DNA of 63,988 nt, counting the filler, from Octopus bimaculoides (taxonomy: Eukaryota): NCBI RefSeq assembly GCF_001194135.2. It is 3 parts of 3 records of this genome, joined end to end, with 100 filler letters (N's around TTAATTAATTAA, not from the genome) between each part and the next. Parts side by side here need not be neighbours in the genome. Positions count along the whole stretch, not along the records: positions 31,254 to 62,778 come from NC_069001.1; 2 more parts are not named here. One strand, written 5' to 3'. The notes under the pieces are model-generated. The model worked only from the letters and a program-made list of their open reading frames with translations, was not told the DNA's origin and searched no databases. The position numbers were made by a program, and so were the translations under genes. Below are positions 39,261 to 51,945 of the stretch, one piece after another (the first letter of the stretch is position 1; each line of letters begins with the position of its first letter).

Positions 39261-39490
39261 CAGGGATGGCAAAATATCACCTGACAGTAGACCAAAACTG
39301 TTTAATTCCAAGATTTATTTATGGTCAACAACTGAATGAATTTAATAAAAACATCTATGAAACATCATAAACATTATTCAAACTGAAGTCCTTATTGAGC
39401 GACAGCATTTTTGCAAATGAATAAATAAAATTGAATATTAAGTATTTATGGGATTTTGATTTACTGTCGGGTAACTTTTGGCCAACCCTG
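39261..39490. mobile_element. Tc1/mariner-type MITE, 230 bp, 29-bp TIRs, TA target site
   Basis: Left TIR cagggatggcaaaatatcacctgacagta vs the reverse complement of the right TIR cagggttggccaaaagttacccgacagta (23/29 match). TA lies on both sides and there is no ORF. Confidence 0.85.
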
Positions 39491-41014
39491 TATATATATC
39501 TACATACATAAATATATGCGTGAATATACGTGTGTGTGTGTGTTATATGCATGTGTTTTCAAAGTGTGTGCACACGACTGCTACTTCCTGCATTAATAAT
39601 CCGTGTTACTCGTGCTATAAGTATGTTCAGACACGTAGTAACATTTACGCTGTGCAAAGAATTATTAACAGTCGCTTGGGAAATATAAGACACACAAACA
39701 CGCACACACACACATATGTAAATATATATATATGTATATATATAAATGTGTAGTTTAACGTATGTGTGTGTATTTGTGTGTATGTTCGTGCGAGCGTGCG
39801 TTTGTACATACGTAGATGCATATTAATGCGTGTATGTGTATACATAATCATATATGCATATCTAAAATGCAAAAATGCATTACATATACTAATGAATATA
39901 TCACACACATATATACTCTCTCACTCTCTCTCTTTGTGTGTGTATATATACATACATATATAGAGATATATACATATATATATATATACATACATAGATA
40001 TCAGTACGCATACATACATATATATAGAGATATATACATATATATACATACATATATATCTGCACGCATGCATACATTTATATATATCTGTATACTTAGA
40101 AATATACATGCGCACATACAGAGATTAATGCATTGAAACATTCGCACGTAAATACACACATTCATACATACACACACATACATGCATGTACACACACATA
40201 CACACTCACACACACATACCACATTCGAAAACACTTTCCAGAACAAACACTTATTTCTAAATAAATGATCATTACTTCATCAGGTAGCTAGCGAAGAATA
40301 TGACAAATGATAGGTTTTCAATTTTCTGGATATAGAAGACGCTTCTCAGCGTGAATATTTTCTGTCACTTATGTGAAAACAAAAAGAAGAAAACTAATTA
40401 ACTCTTAATGAACCGTTATCTGCGGTGTAGAATCATATTTCATGGAGAATTAGTTCACAACTTGCTTCTTGATTAATATTGCTTTCGCGAACGAAAGTGT
40501 AGGAATAATAATCCAGATTTCGGCTAAAGATACCCCCACTCACTATAGCACGTGCTAGCGTAGAGGAAGAAAGTATACAGATATTGAATAACAGTGTTAG
40601 TAACAAGTATGTACGGATACAAACGTGCAAATGGTGAAAAATACATTACACTCTGGCACACACAAACTCACACGCGTATAATACAAGGGAAGTATATTAT
40701 GGGAGTGATAGAGGAAGTCAGTGAGAACGAGAGAAAAATAGATAGACAGATAGATAGACAGGTAGGTAGGTAGGTTGGTAGGTATATAGGTAGGTTGGTA
40801 GGTATATAGGTAGATGGATAGGTAGGTAGGTAGACAGATAGACAGATAGGTAGGTAGGTAGACAGATAGATAGACATGTAAGTAGACAGATAGGTAGGTA
40901 GACAGATATAGATAGGTAGATAGATAGATAGACAGGTAGGTAGGTAGGTAGATAGATAGATTGACAGAAAGATTAACGTACATAATGGATAAATGTACAC
41001 ACACAGGCACACGC

Positions 41015-41059
<45 letters not shown>

Positions 41060-41069
41060 ATTATTATGA

Positions 41070-41258
41070 TTGACCGTTGACTGGACACTATTCAATTTTT
41101 TTTCTCCGTGTTTTTCTCCTTGTCTCCGTATTCTTTCTGTTGAAGAGCGTAGCTCGAAACGTCAAAGACTTTCCGTATTCCCGAGCGTCATACTAATACA
41201 TCCTTTTGTTATTTACACCACCTGTCCTCGTCTGTTGTTGTTTTTTCGTATATTCTCC
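41070..41258 (+). mobile_element. Short non-coding element flanked by (TA)n and carrying a hammerhead-like motif; possible non-autonomous PLE derivative
   Basis: Pyrimidine-rich lead-in, a motif at 41132-41168 and a TA tail. The GAAACGTC-aa(a)gac end is shared with 3662-3674. Confidence 0.45.
41132..41168 (+). ncRNA. Minimal type-I hammerhead-like motif
   Basis: tcttt-CTGTTGA-a-gagc(gta)gctc-GAA-ACGT-C-aaaga. Stem I is 5 bp, stem II is 4 bp and stem III is palindromic. The core has A6 changed to U and one extra A before stem II. Confidence 0.55.
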
Positions 41259-42069
41259 CATATATATATATACATTATATCTATAAAAACATTTTAAATA
41301 AATTTATATGCAGTTGAGTGTGTCGCCGAAACAGACAGACAGACAGAAACAGAGTGGGGAAAATGTGATTGTGCGTAACTGTTTGTGTGTGTATGTGTAT
41401 AGGAGTGTACGTGTGAGCGGTTTGTGCGTGTGTATGTGTGTGCGTGCATGTGTGTGTGTGATTACGATATTTTGTAATCGATATAATTTTACTTGTGACA
41501 GACAACGAAATATGCCACCAAAGAAGACTCCTCACCTCGGTTTTCCCTGCTAGAAATGGTAGTCATATTTTACCAAAACACGCCTTGGCATCTAACGTAA
41601 CGAAGGTCAATTTGAATATTGGTATATATGATGATCCCAATCAGAACCACTTTCCCAAGGAGCTCTCAACTGCTTTTTGCTTATGGTCGCCTATGATTCC
41701 TGTTTTACGCAGACTTGGACCCGGGGTGAGCCCTTCATAGCCATCGATATCTTAGAGCTCTTGTCGTAATAATATTTATGATTAAATATTATTAAGAATT
41801 TTATAAAACAATATTTTATTGTAGGAGTGCAACCAGTTTATTGCTCATACATTTTAACAACAAAATCTTATGAGGACACCAAAAGCCCTTTCGAACCCTT
41901 GTTGGGAAACGCTAATCTAGAAATATATATCCACACTAAATCACACACACGGGTTTCTAAATCACAATCCAACACGTAAATTAATTGATATTTTTTCTTT
42001 ATGTGTGAAATTTCTCTTCTCCATAAACATTGATTAAATCACAATAATATTTAGGCTTCATAAGGATGT

Positions 42070-42265
42070 GAGCGGGCAGAATCGTTACCACGCCAGGCAA
42101 AGATCCTTAGCAGCATATCGTCCGTTTTAAGTCCTGAGTTCAGATCCAGATAAAATATTTAAGCATGGTAAGGCACTGAAGCTGGCGGAATCGCTAGCAC
42201 GCCGGAGAAAATGCTTAGCAACATGTCTAACTTTGCGTACGAGTTCAAATTCCGCCGACGTGACA
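42070..42265 (+). mobile_element. Two SINE family B head fragments (42070-42150 and 42178-42265)
   Basis: gagcgggcagaatcgttaccacgccaggc; gctggcggaatcgctagcacgccggagaaaatgcttagc...gagttcaaattccgccga. Confidence 0.8.
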
Positions 42266-42290
42266 TTCTTTGGCATTTCGTTTCTGGATT

Positions 42291-42495
42291 CTCTTTTACT
42301 CTTTTACTTGTTTCAGTCATTTGACTGCGGCCATGCTGGAGCACCGCCTTCAGTCGAGCAAATCGACCCCAGGACTTATTCTTTGGCAGATCAGTACTTG
42401 TTTTTTCGGTCTCTTTTGCTGAACCGCTAATTTACAGGGACGTAAACACACTACCATCGGTTGTCAAGCGACGTTGGGGGGACAAACACAGACAT
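42291..42495 (-). mobile_element. SINE family D, 3' half, well preserved
   Basis: cttttacttgtttcagtcatttgactgcggccatgctggagcaccgcc...gacaaacacagac. Confidence 0.9.
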
Positions 42496-42865
42496 AATAT
42501 ATGTATATATATGCCACTTCAGTGGCTCTCCGAAATTAGTCATGTAGAGGTTTCTCTTCAATCCGACAGATGTTCTCTCTTTGTATTTCATTGTTGTCCT
42601 TTTCTCCTATTACGCGCCTGATCACCTGTTCTTTATTCATTATGTATTATTTTTATTCTTATCATTATTATTACGTTTATTATTATTATTATTAGTAGTA
42701 GTAGTAGCATTTCGCTTTTGGCTGTATTTATTCATACAAGGTTTTATTGTATGTATATCAAAGTGTTGTTTCTGTCACTATACAAACGTAAATCTTGAAA
42801 AAACAAAATTATACGTTCGTGCATTAATATTAATATTTAACGTTGTCTGTACTTTTGTAAAACAT

Positions 42866-42919
<54 letters not shown>

Positions 42920-43724
42920 GCACATATACGTATAAACGTATATATATATATATATATATGATTGTGTGTGTGTTATGCAAAAGTGCAGACACGCCAAATA
43001 CAAAGAAGACAGTGCAATAGGAAATGTAATGTAAACAAAATTATTTACTTTGTATGAATTTTTCGTTTACTTTTACTGTAGTTTTGTCTTTCTAGGCATT
43101 CTAAAGTAATAAGAAACATTTCAAAATATTTCAGAAACTAATAAAATAATTATGTCTCAGCAGAGGAGGAAGAATGGGATAATGAAAGGAAGATAAAATG
43201 GAGGTTTAGAATATGGAGAAATTTAAGAGGAAGTGTTTGGATTATACTGAGCAACACAGCTGAAATATAATGAGAAACTGTATTGGTTTTACTCTTATGT
43301 AAATAATTTCATTTGAAGTGTTTTCATATTGAGGCGTGGTTCTATAACTTTACTCAGTCTCTTTGAATAATTCCTCGTAGAATTCGTTGCAAAGAACGTT
43401 TTTAGTGCATCAAAACGTGTAATATATAGGATGTAGTGGTGATGGTGGTGGGGAAATTTTTTTTATATAATTATTTTGTAAAAAAAAATAAATCTGGTAT
43501 TCCGTTAAATATGGTAATTCTTTATTGATAAATCAATATTTTGGTGTGTTATATATTTAGTGTGGTTCGTTTGGGGGTCTTGAAATCTACAAATAAAAAT
43601 TTGAAAAACATACTAAAAAAATGAATAGTATTTAGATAGAGATAGATTAGAAAAGAAAACTCTAGAATGTGTGTCAGGTTTGGAGTGAAACAGGATTGTT
43701 TATTGAACAATAATTCATATTCAA

Positions 43725-43990
43725 AAAAAAATTAAGTTGGTTTGAGTGTTTGGAAATTAGTTTGGAAGAGAAGTTATTGAAAAACGATGTTTAAAGGATA
43801 AAATCAAAATGAAAAATTAATTTGTAAGATGAGGGCACTTTCGAACATTTAAACATTATCTGAATATAAACAATTGTTGCTATTAGAAAAAAATGCTGAT
43901 TTGAGTATTTAAAAAGTAGTTAGGTGAAGACGAAGTTATTGAAAAACGATGTTTGAAGAATAAAATTAAGAAAAATCAATGTGTATGACC
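43725..43990. repeat. Degenerate direct repeat with a 162-bp period
   Basis: The exact 23-mer gaagttattgaaaaacgatgttt occurs at 43770 and 43932, with similar flanks. Confidence 0.75.
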
Positions 43991-44829
43991 ATTCCTGTTT
44001 CGAATACCTACTTATGGAAGCATTCATTTTACCGATTCTTCTCAGTTCTTTCTCATTCCGAAACGAACATTATCTTGCACCAGGGAATGAATTTTATTCT
44101 ACAAAAATAAAATAACCTCTAGTAAAACAGCCATTGAATAGCTTTTATGATGTCAATAAAGGATTTAAGGATTCGAATGGAACTAACCACATGTATTTTA
44201 CACTACTTATATATCAAATTTCTCTCTATTCTCAAAGGAAATTATAGAGTCGCTGACCTCCAATTCTGTGTAATAACAACAAAGAGGTTTCGAAAAGAAA
44301 TGTAGAATTTCTTCAAAGAATAGGAAATCGAGGTTCGCTATTAATCTTACCAATTCTTGGGTTTCCACGTTCAGAAAGTCCAAACAAATTACTTCACTAC
44401 ATAAACAGACTTCAAAGCTTCTTCACAAGAACATGAACAATAAAGCTAAGAATATTTCTCTTTACGATTTTCCAACTGTTCTTCTGAAGAATTTGTCGTC
44501 ACAGATACTGCCAAATGTTGTATGGTTGGGCTGACAGAAAGGAGATCATCCAAAAATGTGTAACACATAAATATATAGCGAAAACTGGAAAGTATTTTCA
44601 AAATGATTTATCACCTGGTATAGTCCACCGTATAACCAATAATACTTTTCACTCGAACAAAATTTCTCCCAAAACATTTTATTCGTGTACTTCCTCGCAC
44701 ATCATACGTGTTCAGGCATTTTTAATATAGATTCCGTAAAAGATTCCTATTTTATACCGGTAACAATTAAGACAGGCACTGCATCAAAATCATAACCTTA
44801 TTTCTGCTTTGTATATATGTTTAGGTAGG

Positions 44830-44863
<34 letters not shown>

Positions 44864-44864
<1 letters not shown>

Positions 44865-45002
44865 GAGTGGTTGTGTGGTAAATAGCTTGCTTACTAGCCA
44901 CATGTTTCCGGATTCAGTCCTACTTCGAGGCATCTTCTACTATAGCTTCGGGCCAACCAAAGCCATGCGAGTGGGTTTGGTAGACTGAAACTGAAAGCCC
45001 GT

Positions 45003-45078
<76 letters not shown>
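44864..45078 (+). mobile_element. SINE family D head followed by (TA)n
   Basis: gagtggttgtgtggtaaatagcttgc...gggtttggtagactgaaactgaaagcccgtc then (TA)n. Confidence 0.85.
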
Positions 45079-45081
<3 letters not shown>

Positions 45082-45404
45082 GGGGGGGGTAAAGTTGGTT
45101 TATTCGCAATTTACAACAGAAATACGAAATCACTGGTTATTTGGCTATGCTGTAGGGAACTTGTCTCCCTTGTCAGTCATAAGATAAGTGCCTTCTCTGG
45201 GTTAAGAGTTATTTTGACTCTTATTTCTAGCAATGCTGGTGCTAGTTGGCACAGTTACTTCAGTGAAAGCTATAGTACATACATGCATACATACATACAT
45301 ATCTACTTTCATACGTGCATATACATACATACATGCATGCATACATACGTACGTACGTACATACATACATACATACATACATAACTATGTTTCAAAAAAA
45401 AGAT

Positions 45405-45700
45405 TGGCCCAGGTCATGTCTAATTTAATACCACCATCTCATAGGATGAGCTAAATCTTTTTCAAGTCCATTTTGTGGAATTATGGTCCATTCGAGTAGG
45501 GAGCTCTTGCTCAGTGAGATGTATCCAGGTATAGGTAGCTTATCTGGTATTCCTTGAAGAAATTTGTCCAGATTCCGTTTAAAGGTGATGGGTTCCTTTT
45601 CCTCTTTGATCTCTTTCGGGACAATGTTAAATCTTACCAATTGAGGAGAGCATACAAACATTCCCACGGCAGTAACAGTGTATATGCTCCTTATTCCGAA
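45405..45700 (-). mobile_element. Decayed 3' end of a CR1-like LINE
   Basis: SPQLVRFNIVPKEIKEEKEPITFKRNLDKFLQGIPDKLPIPGY...SLLEW resembles the GP.LFN.LP...FK..LD..L..IPD.P..PGY C-terminus of invertebrate CR1-type ORF2. Recognised by eye. Confidence 0.65.
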
Positions 45701-46412
45701 GACAACAAAGAAATAAGGAAACAGAAGGAAGAGGTTAGTGGGGTCTAGTTCTAAGAAGCGTTGTTTTCAGTTCCCCACGTAAAATAGGATGTCAAAGTAT
45801 TCATGTAAGACGTTAAAAATCAGCGATGTGAAGCTCACTCACTCCAAGAAGCCAACTACAGGCAAAATGTGATTGTTAGACAGTAAAAGATGGTGGTTTC
45901 TTGAGTCTCAGGCAGACGATAATTGAACAAACACATACACACGCACACACACACACGTGCACAGACGCAAACACACACACACACAATCTGCATAAAATGT
46001 GTATATATACATATATGAATTGAGACAGATAAAGGTATTGAATGATTCATATGTGTGTGTTTGTATACATGTTTGTCTGTTTGTATATGTATATGTGTGT
46101 GTGTGTGTGTGTGTGTATATACATACATCTATATATGTAGATGCACACGCGCATACGAAGTAAAATGAATAGAATGACTACAGAGAAATGTATACTGATG
46201 TACAATACACACACACGCACACACACACACACACACACACACGTTTCTATGAATGTGAACATATGTGTATGTATGTTCGAATTTAATATGTTCAATAATG
46301 TGTGCACATGTGCTTGCCAAACAATTTCTTTGTGTCTGCATAGGAGTATATCTATCTATCTATCACTTATCTATTTATCTGTCTATCTATCTCTCTCTAT
46401 GTATATGTACGC

Positions 46413-46455
<43 letters not shown>

Positions 46456-47015
46456 ATTATGTATCTTTATGTGTGTATGAAAATGAATTCATAGCATTTA
46501 TATACATACACCATATCGCATGAATATATATATATATATATATATATGCATGTATGCATGTGTTTATACTTGCATATATGAATGAGAAAATGTTATCCTA
46601 TCTGTATTCCTTTTATGGTATTAGAAAACATAAAGGCCCTTAATTTTTCGAAACAAAAGCCTTTATCTTTAATTTATATTTAATAGAGGATATTTATAAT
46701 AAAATCGATGATAATATACATTCAAATATTGAAATATCTAAAGTTATCTCTAGATAAATTGCATAAATTTAAACATAAAAGTAAACAGCTTTCCGGTGCT
46801 AAGTGTTGGGAACGTTAAATATCAGATGTAAAATTCATGAAATGCCATCAATGAAATCCAGATGCGCTGGCTAAATGAGGGCAATGTGATTATGTATGTA
46901 TGTATGTATGTATGTACTACGTACGTACGTATGTATGTATGTATGCATATTTCTATGTACGAATGTAAGTACGTACGTATGTATTTTGTATATATTTATG
47001 TACATATGTATGAAT

Positions 47016-47050
<35 letters not shown>

Positions 47051-47409
47051 GTACGTATGGATGTGTATCTACGCACGAATGTATGTATCTATGTACCTAT
47101 GTATATATATGAATATATGTATGTATAATTGTATGTCTGTATATATATATGTATTTACGTACGCGTGTATGTATGCATGCATATGTATGTACATATGTAT
47201 GTGAGTGTGAATTGGTTTGCATACGAAGATAGGTTCTTATTTGGGGGCAAATGCATAGGTTGCCTAAGGGGTAAGTTTGACCCTTTACGAGGACGTAGGT
47301 CGCGTTAAAATTCGTCATTGGTAACGTCTCTATCAGTATTTCTATGGTCATCTCCAATATGTAATCTTTACTATTCTCGGTTATATTCCAGAGAATTATT
47401 CACAGAACA

Positions 47410-47775
47410 GTTGACGTAGTTGACGTACCCGGGAATTCCCGGAAAGCGGGGCTTATCCCTTGGTTCCGTTCTCATAAATGTATCACAAATACAATAACAA
47501 CAATACAAAATATGTAGCCCTTAAAACGGTTTATTTTTGCATTTACAGAGAATATCGAACTGTCTTACACAGGATCTTATTTTTAGGAATTCCCAATTTG
47601 TGAAGTAATTTATGTAATAGCACGAAATTAGTTACCCGATAGTAAGAATTCAAATAAAGTAGCCCCGTAAAGGGCTTTAATGCATTCCCAGAGTATATAG
47701 AACATAGGAGTATGTCATGGCGTTTCCAGACATGAGTTCTAATCACGTGTCAAGTTTCATTAAAATCGATAAAAA
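47410..47775 (-). mobile_element. Helentron-like (HINE) fragment truncated by a gap, with a terminal palindrome
   Basis: cacgtgtcaagtttcattaaaatcgat matches the reverse of 17420-17446. The perfect palindrome ccgggaattcccgg lies at 47429-47442. Confidence 0.45.
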
Positions 47776-48233
47776 NNNNNNNNNNNNNNNNNNNNNNNNN
47801 NNNNNNNNNNNNNNNNNNNNNNNNNNNNNNNNNNNNNNNNNNNNNNNNNNNNNNNNNNNNNNNNNNNNNNNNNNNATATATCAATATATATATATAATTT
47901 ATCCATGAATTGATACATGTATATATATATATAATATGTATGTATATATGTATATATACTTATTTATATATGTGTATATCTATGCATATATATTTACATA
48001 ATTATATATACATATATATATATATATATGTTAATTTATACATAAATTTGTTACATAAATCCTCACAAATGCACATCTATCCATCCATCTATCTATCTAT
48101 CTATTTCTCTATCTATATCGCTAAGTACATATATACCTAATCATACACATATGCTTAACTACACACATTTGTATATGTAGCTGAAATATAAATAATACTC
48201 ATACGCTCATGGGCAAGCAACGCATACACACAG

Positions 48234-48267
<34 letters not shown>

Positions 48268-49041
48268 TACAAGAGATGTGGATCAGATTATTTCTTACTC
48301 GCATCTATTGACTGATAGATATTCAAACATTCATAGATTACACTTTGTTATAGCTATAGTTACAAATATTTTATTACAAGTTAGATAATGTTGATTTTTG
48401 ATCCGATGAAACGTAGGCACATCGTTTCAAGTGCAGGTTACATAATGATTTAAGCCTACGCCCCAATCCTGCGCTAAACTCCGTATATCGAATTCCACCC
48501 ACCTTGTTATGCCTAACCTACCCGAAGAGCAAACAGCAACAGGAATGATGGTATCAAGTTAACGAATTACTTTTGTCATTGTTAGTTAATGAATACAGAC
48601 AAGATGAGCCGGGTAGGTCACAATGCCATTACTAACGCATCTGTTGATTCACTTATATCGTAGGAATGGACTACAAGAGTAACTACATTAATTTTTGGCC
48701 TTCTGAAGTTAATCATCACACTCATATAAACACATATATACATAGATGCACGCATCTATTGATTTATTATTTGTTGTGTGTTGGAATTTAAATTGCTACG
48801 CCAGGGAGGACATGTGATGTTAATTTGAAATATAAATATAGTTTTCTTTGCTGTTTATTGTGTAAGATATATATTATATCGTTTAAAAGTCACAAAATAT
48901 ATAACGCTATTCGCTGGCTTGGATACTCTTCCACTGTGCATATATCAACATGCATACATACATAAGTACCTACATACATTCACACACATACATACATGTA
49001 TGAGTCATTTCCTCTTCCTCTCCCTTTATATATGTATATGA

Positions 49042-49077
<36 letters not shown>

Positions 49078-49187
49078 GTGTATACATGTATTTATCTATC
49101 CAACCATCCATCCCCCTCTCTCTCTCTCTATATATATATATGTATGCATGTATATATCTATATACATATATATATGCACATACATAC

Positions 49188-49242
<55 letters not shown>

Positions 49243-49364
49243 TATATACACATACATATATATATATGTATATATATTCATCCATTAATATATTTACATA
49301 TATACACATACATGTAAACATAGATATATGTATATACACACACATACACATATAAATACATACA

Positions 49365-49750
49365 GATGTTGTTGGCATTCTGTCGCTTACGATGTCGAGG
49401 GTTCCAGTCGATCCGATCAACAGAACAACCTGCTCGTGAAATTAACGTGCAAGTGGCTGAGCACTCCACAGACACGTGTACCCTCAACATAGTTCTCGGG
49501 GATATTCAGCGTGACACAGTGTGACAAGGCTGACCCTTTGAATTACAGGCACACAGAAAGAGGAAGTAAGAGTGAGAGAAAGTTGTGGTGAAAGAGTACG
49601 GCAGGGTTCGCCACCATCCCCTGCCGGAGCCTCGTGGAGCTTTAGGTGTTTTCGCTCAATAAACACTGACAATGCCCGGTCTGGGAATCGAAACTGCGAT
49701 CCTATGAACGCGAGTCCGCTACCCTAACCACTGGGCCATTGCGCCTCCAC
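49365..49750 (-). mobile_element. SINE family C, apparently full length
   Basis: tRNA-like head at 49750 and a 3' end at about 49365. It is highly similar to 10271-10613. Confidence 0.92.
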
Positions 49751-49778
49751 TACATACAGATACATACATATATAAATA

Positions 49779-49837
<59 letters not shown>

Positions 49838-51059
49838 CCTTGCAACTTTATATTTGCATCGTGTTGCGGAAAATTCTACAAGGATTGTAAAACTTGATAA
49901 CAAACAAAGCAAACGCTGATTCCGTTCATTTCTCGAAAACGATACTGTTATGAAAGCAAATGTGGACCTCATTGGATTTGAACTCAGAATGTAATTTCAA
50001 ACTCTGTTTTCTTTTTTCTCTTCTTCCTTTGGCCTACAGGAAAGAACTTTACCCATGGGCTACACTTTTACTCAGAGACGCTGCTGAATTCCTAGTGCCT
50101 TGTCTACTCTATCAATGATGGCTACAGAAAATTCATGAAGAAAGAATAGATTTCCAGTTGGGGTAAACCCCAGGGAAAAAGGAATAGGGTAACGGGTGAT
50201 TTAGCCTAGTCCATCGTTGAGCTCGTGTACACTATACGAATGACGATAAGAGTCCGAGACAGTAGTTTATGAAGCAGTTTTTCCAACTCACCAACTCATT
50301 CTGGTTCTAAACGTTAATCCGATTAAACTGCCACAGGAATTTACATCACTGACTACAAGAAATAAATTGGAAACCACTGACCCGAGTTTGACCTTAAACT
50401 TGGACATTATCCAAAGTAACCTCCATTAAAATGAAACGATTTACTAAATAAAAGACTGATTAATTCTCTGCAGATAATTTTAATTCAATGTTGAAATTCA
50501 TATTTGATGTTCCAATATTTTAATCAAAGCACAGTGGTTGTAGATTAAGTGTTGTTGTTTTTGTTGGTTGATGTTTAACACAATATCAAATCTGATCGAT
50601 GAGATCTATGGTCGATAGCATACTATTGAGTCATGTTTCTGTTTTAGTCTTTTAACCATTGTTTATCATTTCTATCATTCGACTAAGTGGTCGCGGAGGT
50701 GGAGAATATGATAGGTACCTAATTATTTAGAATACATTTAATATTAGATACCTCGGAGGATGCACCGTTAAACAACTCAGACGCACGCATTCATTGCTAT
50801 TCATATTTAATTAATTTTTAAAGTTTCAGCTTTGCCTCCCCTGAATTTCATATTTTATAGGAGTTACTCAAGTTAAACAATGCCATTGTCAGCAAGAAAC
50901 ATGTAGAACAAGAGCACCCAGACAGCGCAAACCACCGCCAAAGCAACACCAACGTTCTCTCAACGATTAGGCGGAGATGATTTTTAAAATGTGAATATCT
51001 GAAATAAACTCGACTGCTCTCACAGACGATTGCTCTCAATTTTTTTTTTTTAAATGAAA

Positions 51060-51250
51060 AATAATCCAGAATCCTTGTCCGGTACCGGATCGATCCCAAA
51101 ATCTAATCAGTTCGTGCCAGTTACGAGGCCAAACATCCATGAAAGTTTCATCTGAATCCATCCGGTGGTTCTTGAGATATCTTGTCCATGGACAAACAAA
51201 CAAACGTGATTGAAAACAATACCTCCGCCTTAGCGAAAGCGGAGGTAATA
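51060..51250 (-). mobile_element. Non-autonomous Helentron-like/MITE fragment with a terminal hairpin
   Basis: The minus strand begins attacctccgctttcgctaaggcggaggtatt (inverted repeat), then (TTTG)n, then ggattcagatgaaacttt. The class assignment is inferred. Confidence 0.55.
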
Positions 51251-51887
51251 AATAATATTATATTAACTGGAATGTCGCATCTGGATTGCCTTTGTACTTT
51301 TTCCACCTATAGTGGGTTATTGAAATGCATGTAAAATTTTAAGCAGTAATAATTATTGTATTTCTCCGTTGGTGTATTATCATAACAGATTAACAATAAC
51401 AATAATAATAATACAGTTCTATATTTAAGACATGAGGAATTATGTACATTATTTACAGTAAATAGGAAACGAGGCAAACCCCAATTGCATTCAGTATGAC
51501 GATTTGGAAATGTAGAATATGATTTGAGGGAAAATATTGTTATAATATGATGGTAAGGAAATACTAAGCATGAAAAAATACAACACAGTTGCGTATTCAA
51601 TGGAATACATATGTCTGTTACTTTTCTGCGGCTCGAAGACTATGCTTACATATAGCAGTATTTATCAACCAAGTTAATATACACAAACCACATACACATC
51701 TACGTACATGTATGTATGTATATATATATATATATATCTTGATACTGTGTGGACTAAGATCCCCGTTGACAGAACGCTGTCAGAGGGTTGTGGACGCCTC
51801 TGATGGGAACCCAATAAGCTTGTTCATTTTTTAAAGGTTTCCAGAGAAATAGCTACAGTTTGCCCTGTTTATAATTATACCATATGT

Positions 51888-51945
<58 letters not shown>

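Noticed and set aside
50040-50130. Strong polypyrimidine acceptor (...ttggcctacag|G)
   Set aside because: All three frames stop within 26 codons, there is no convincing donor, and no peptide is recognisable.
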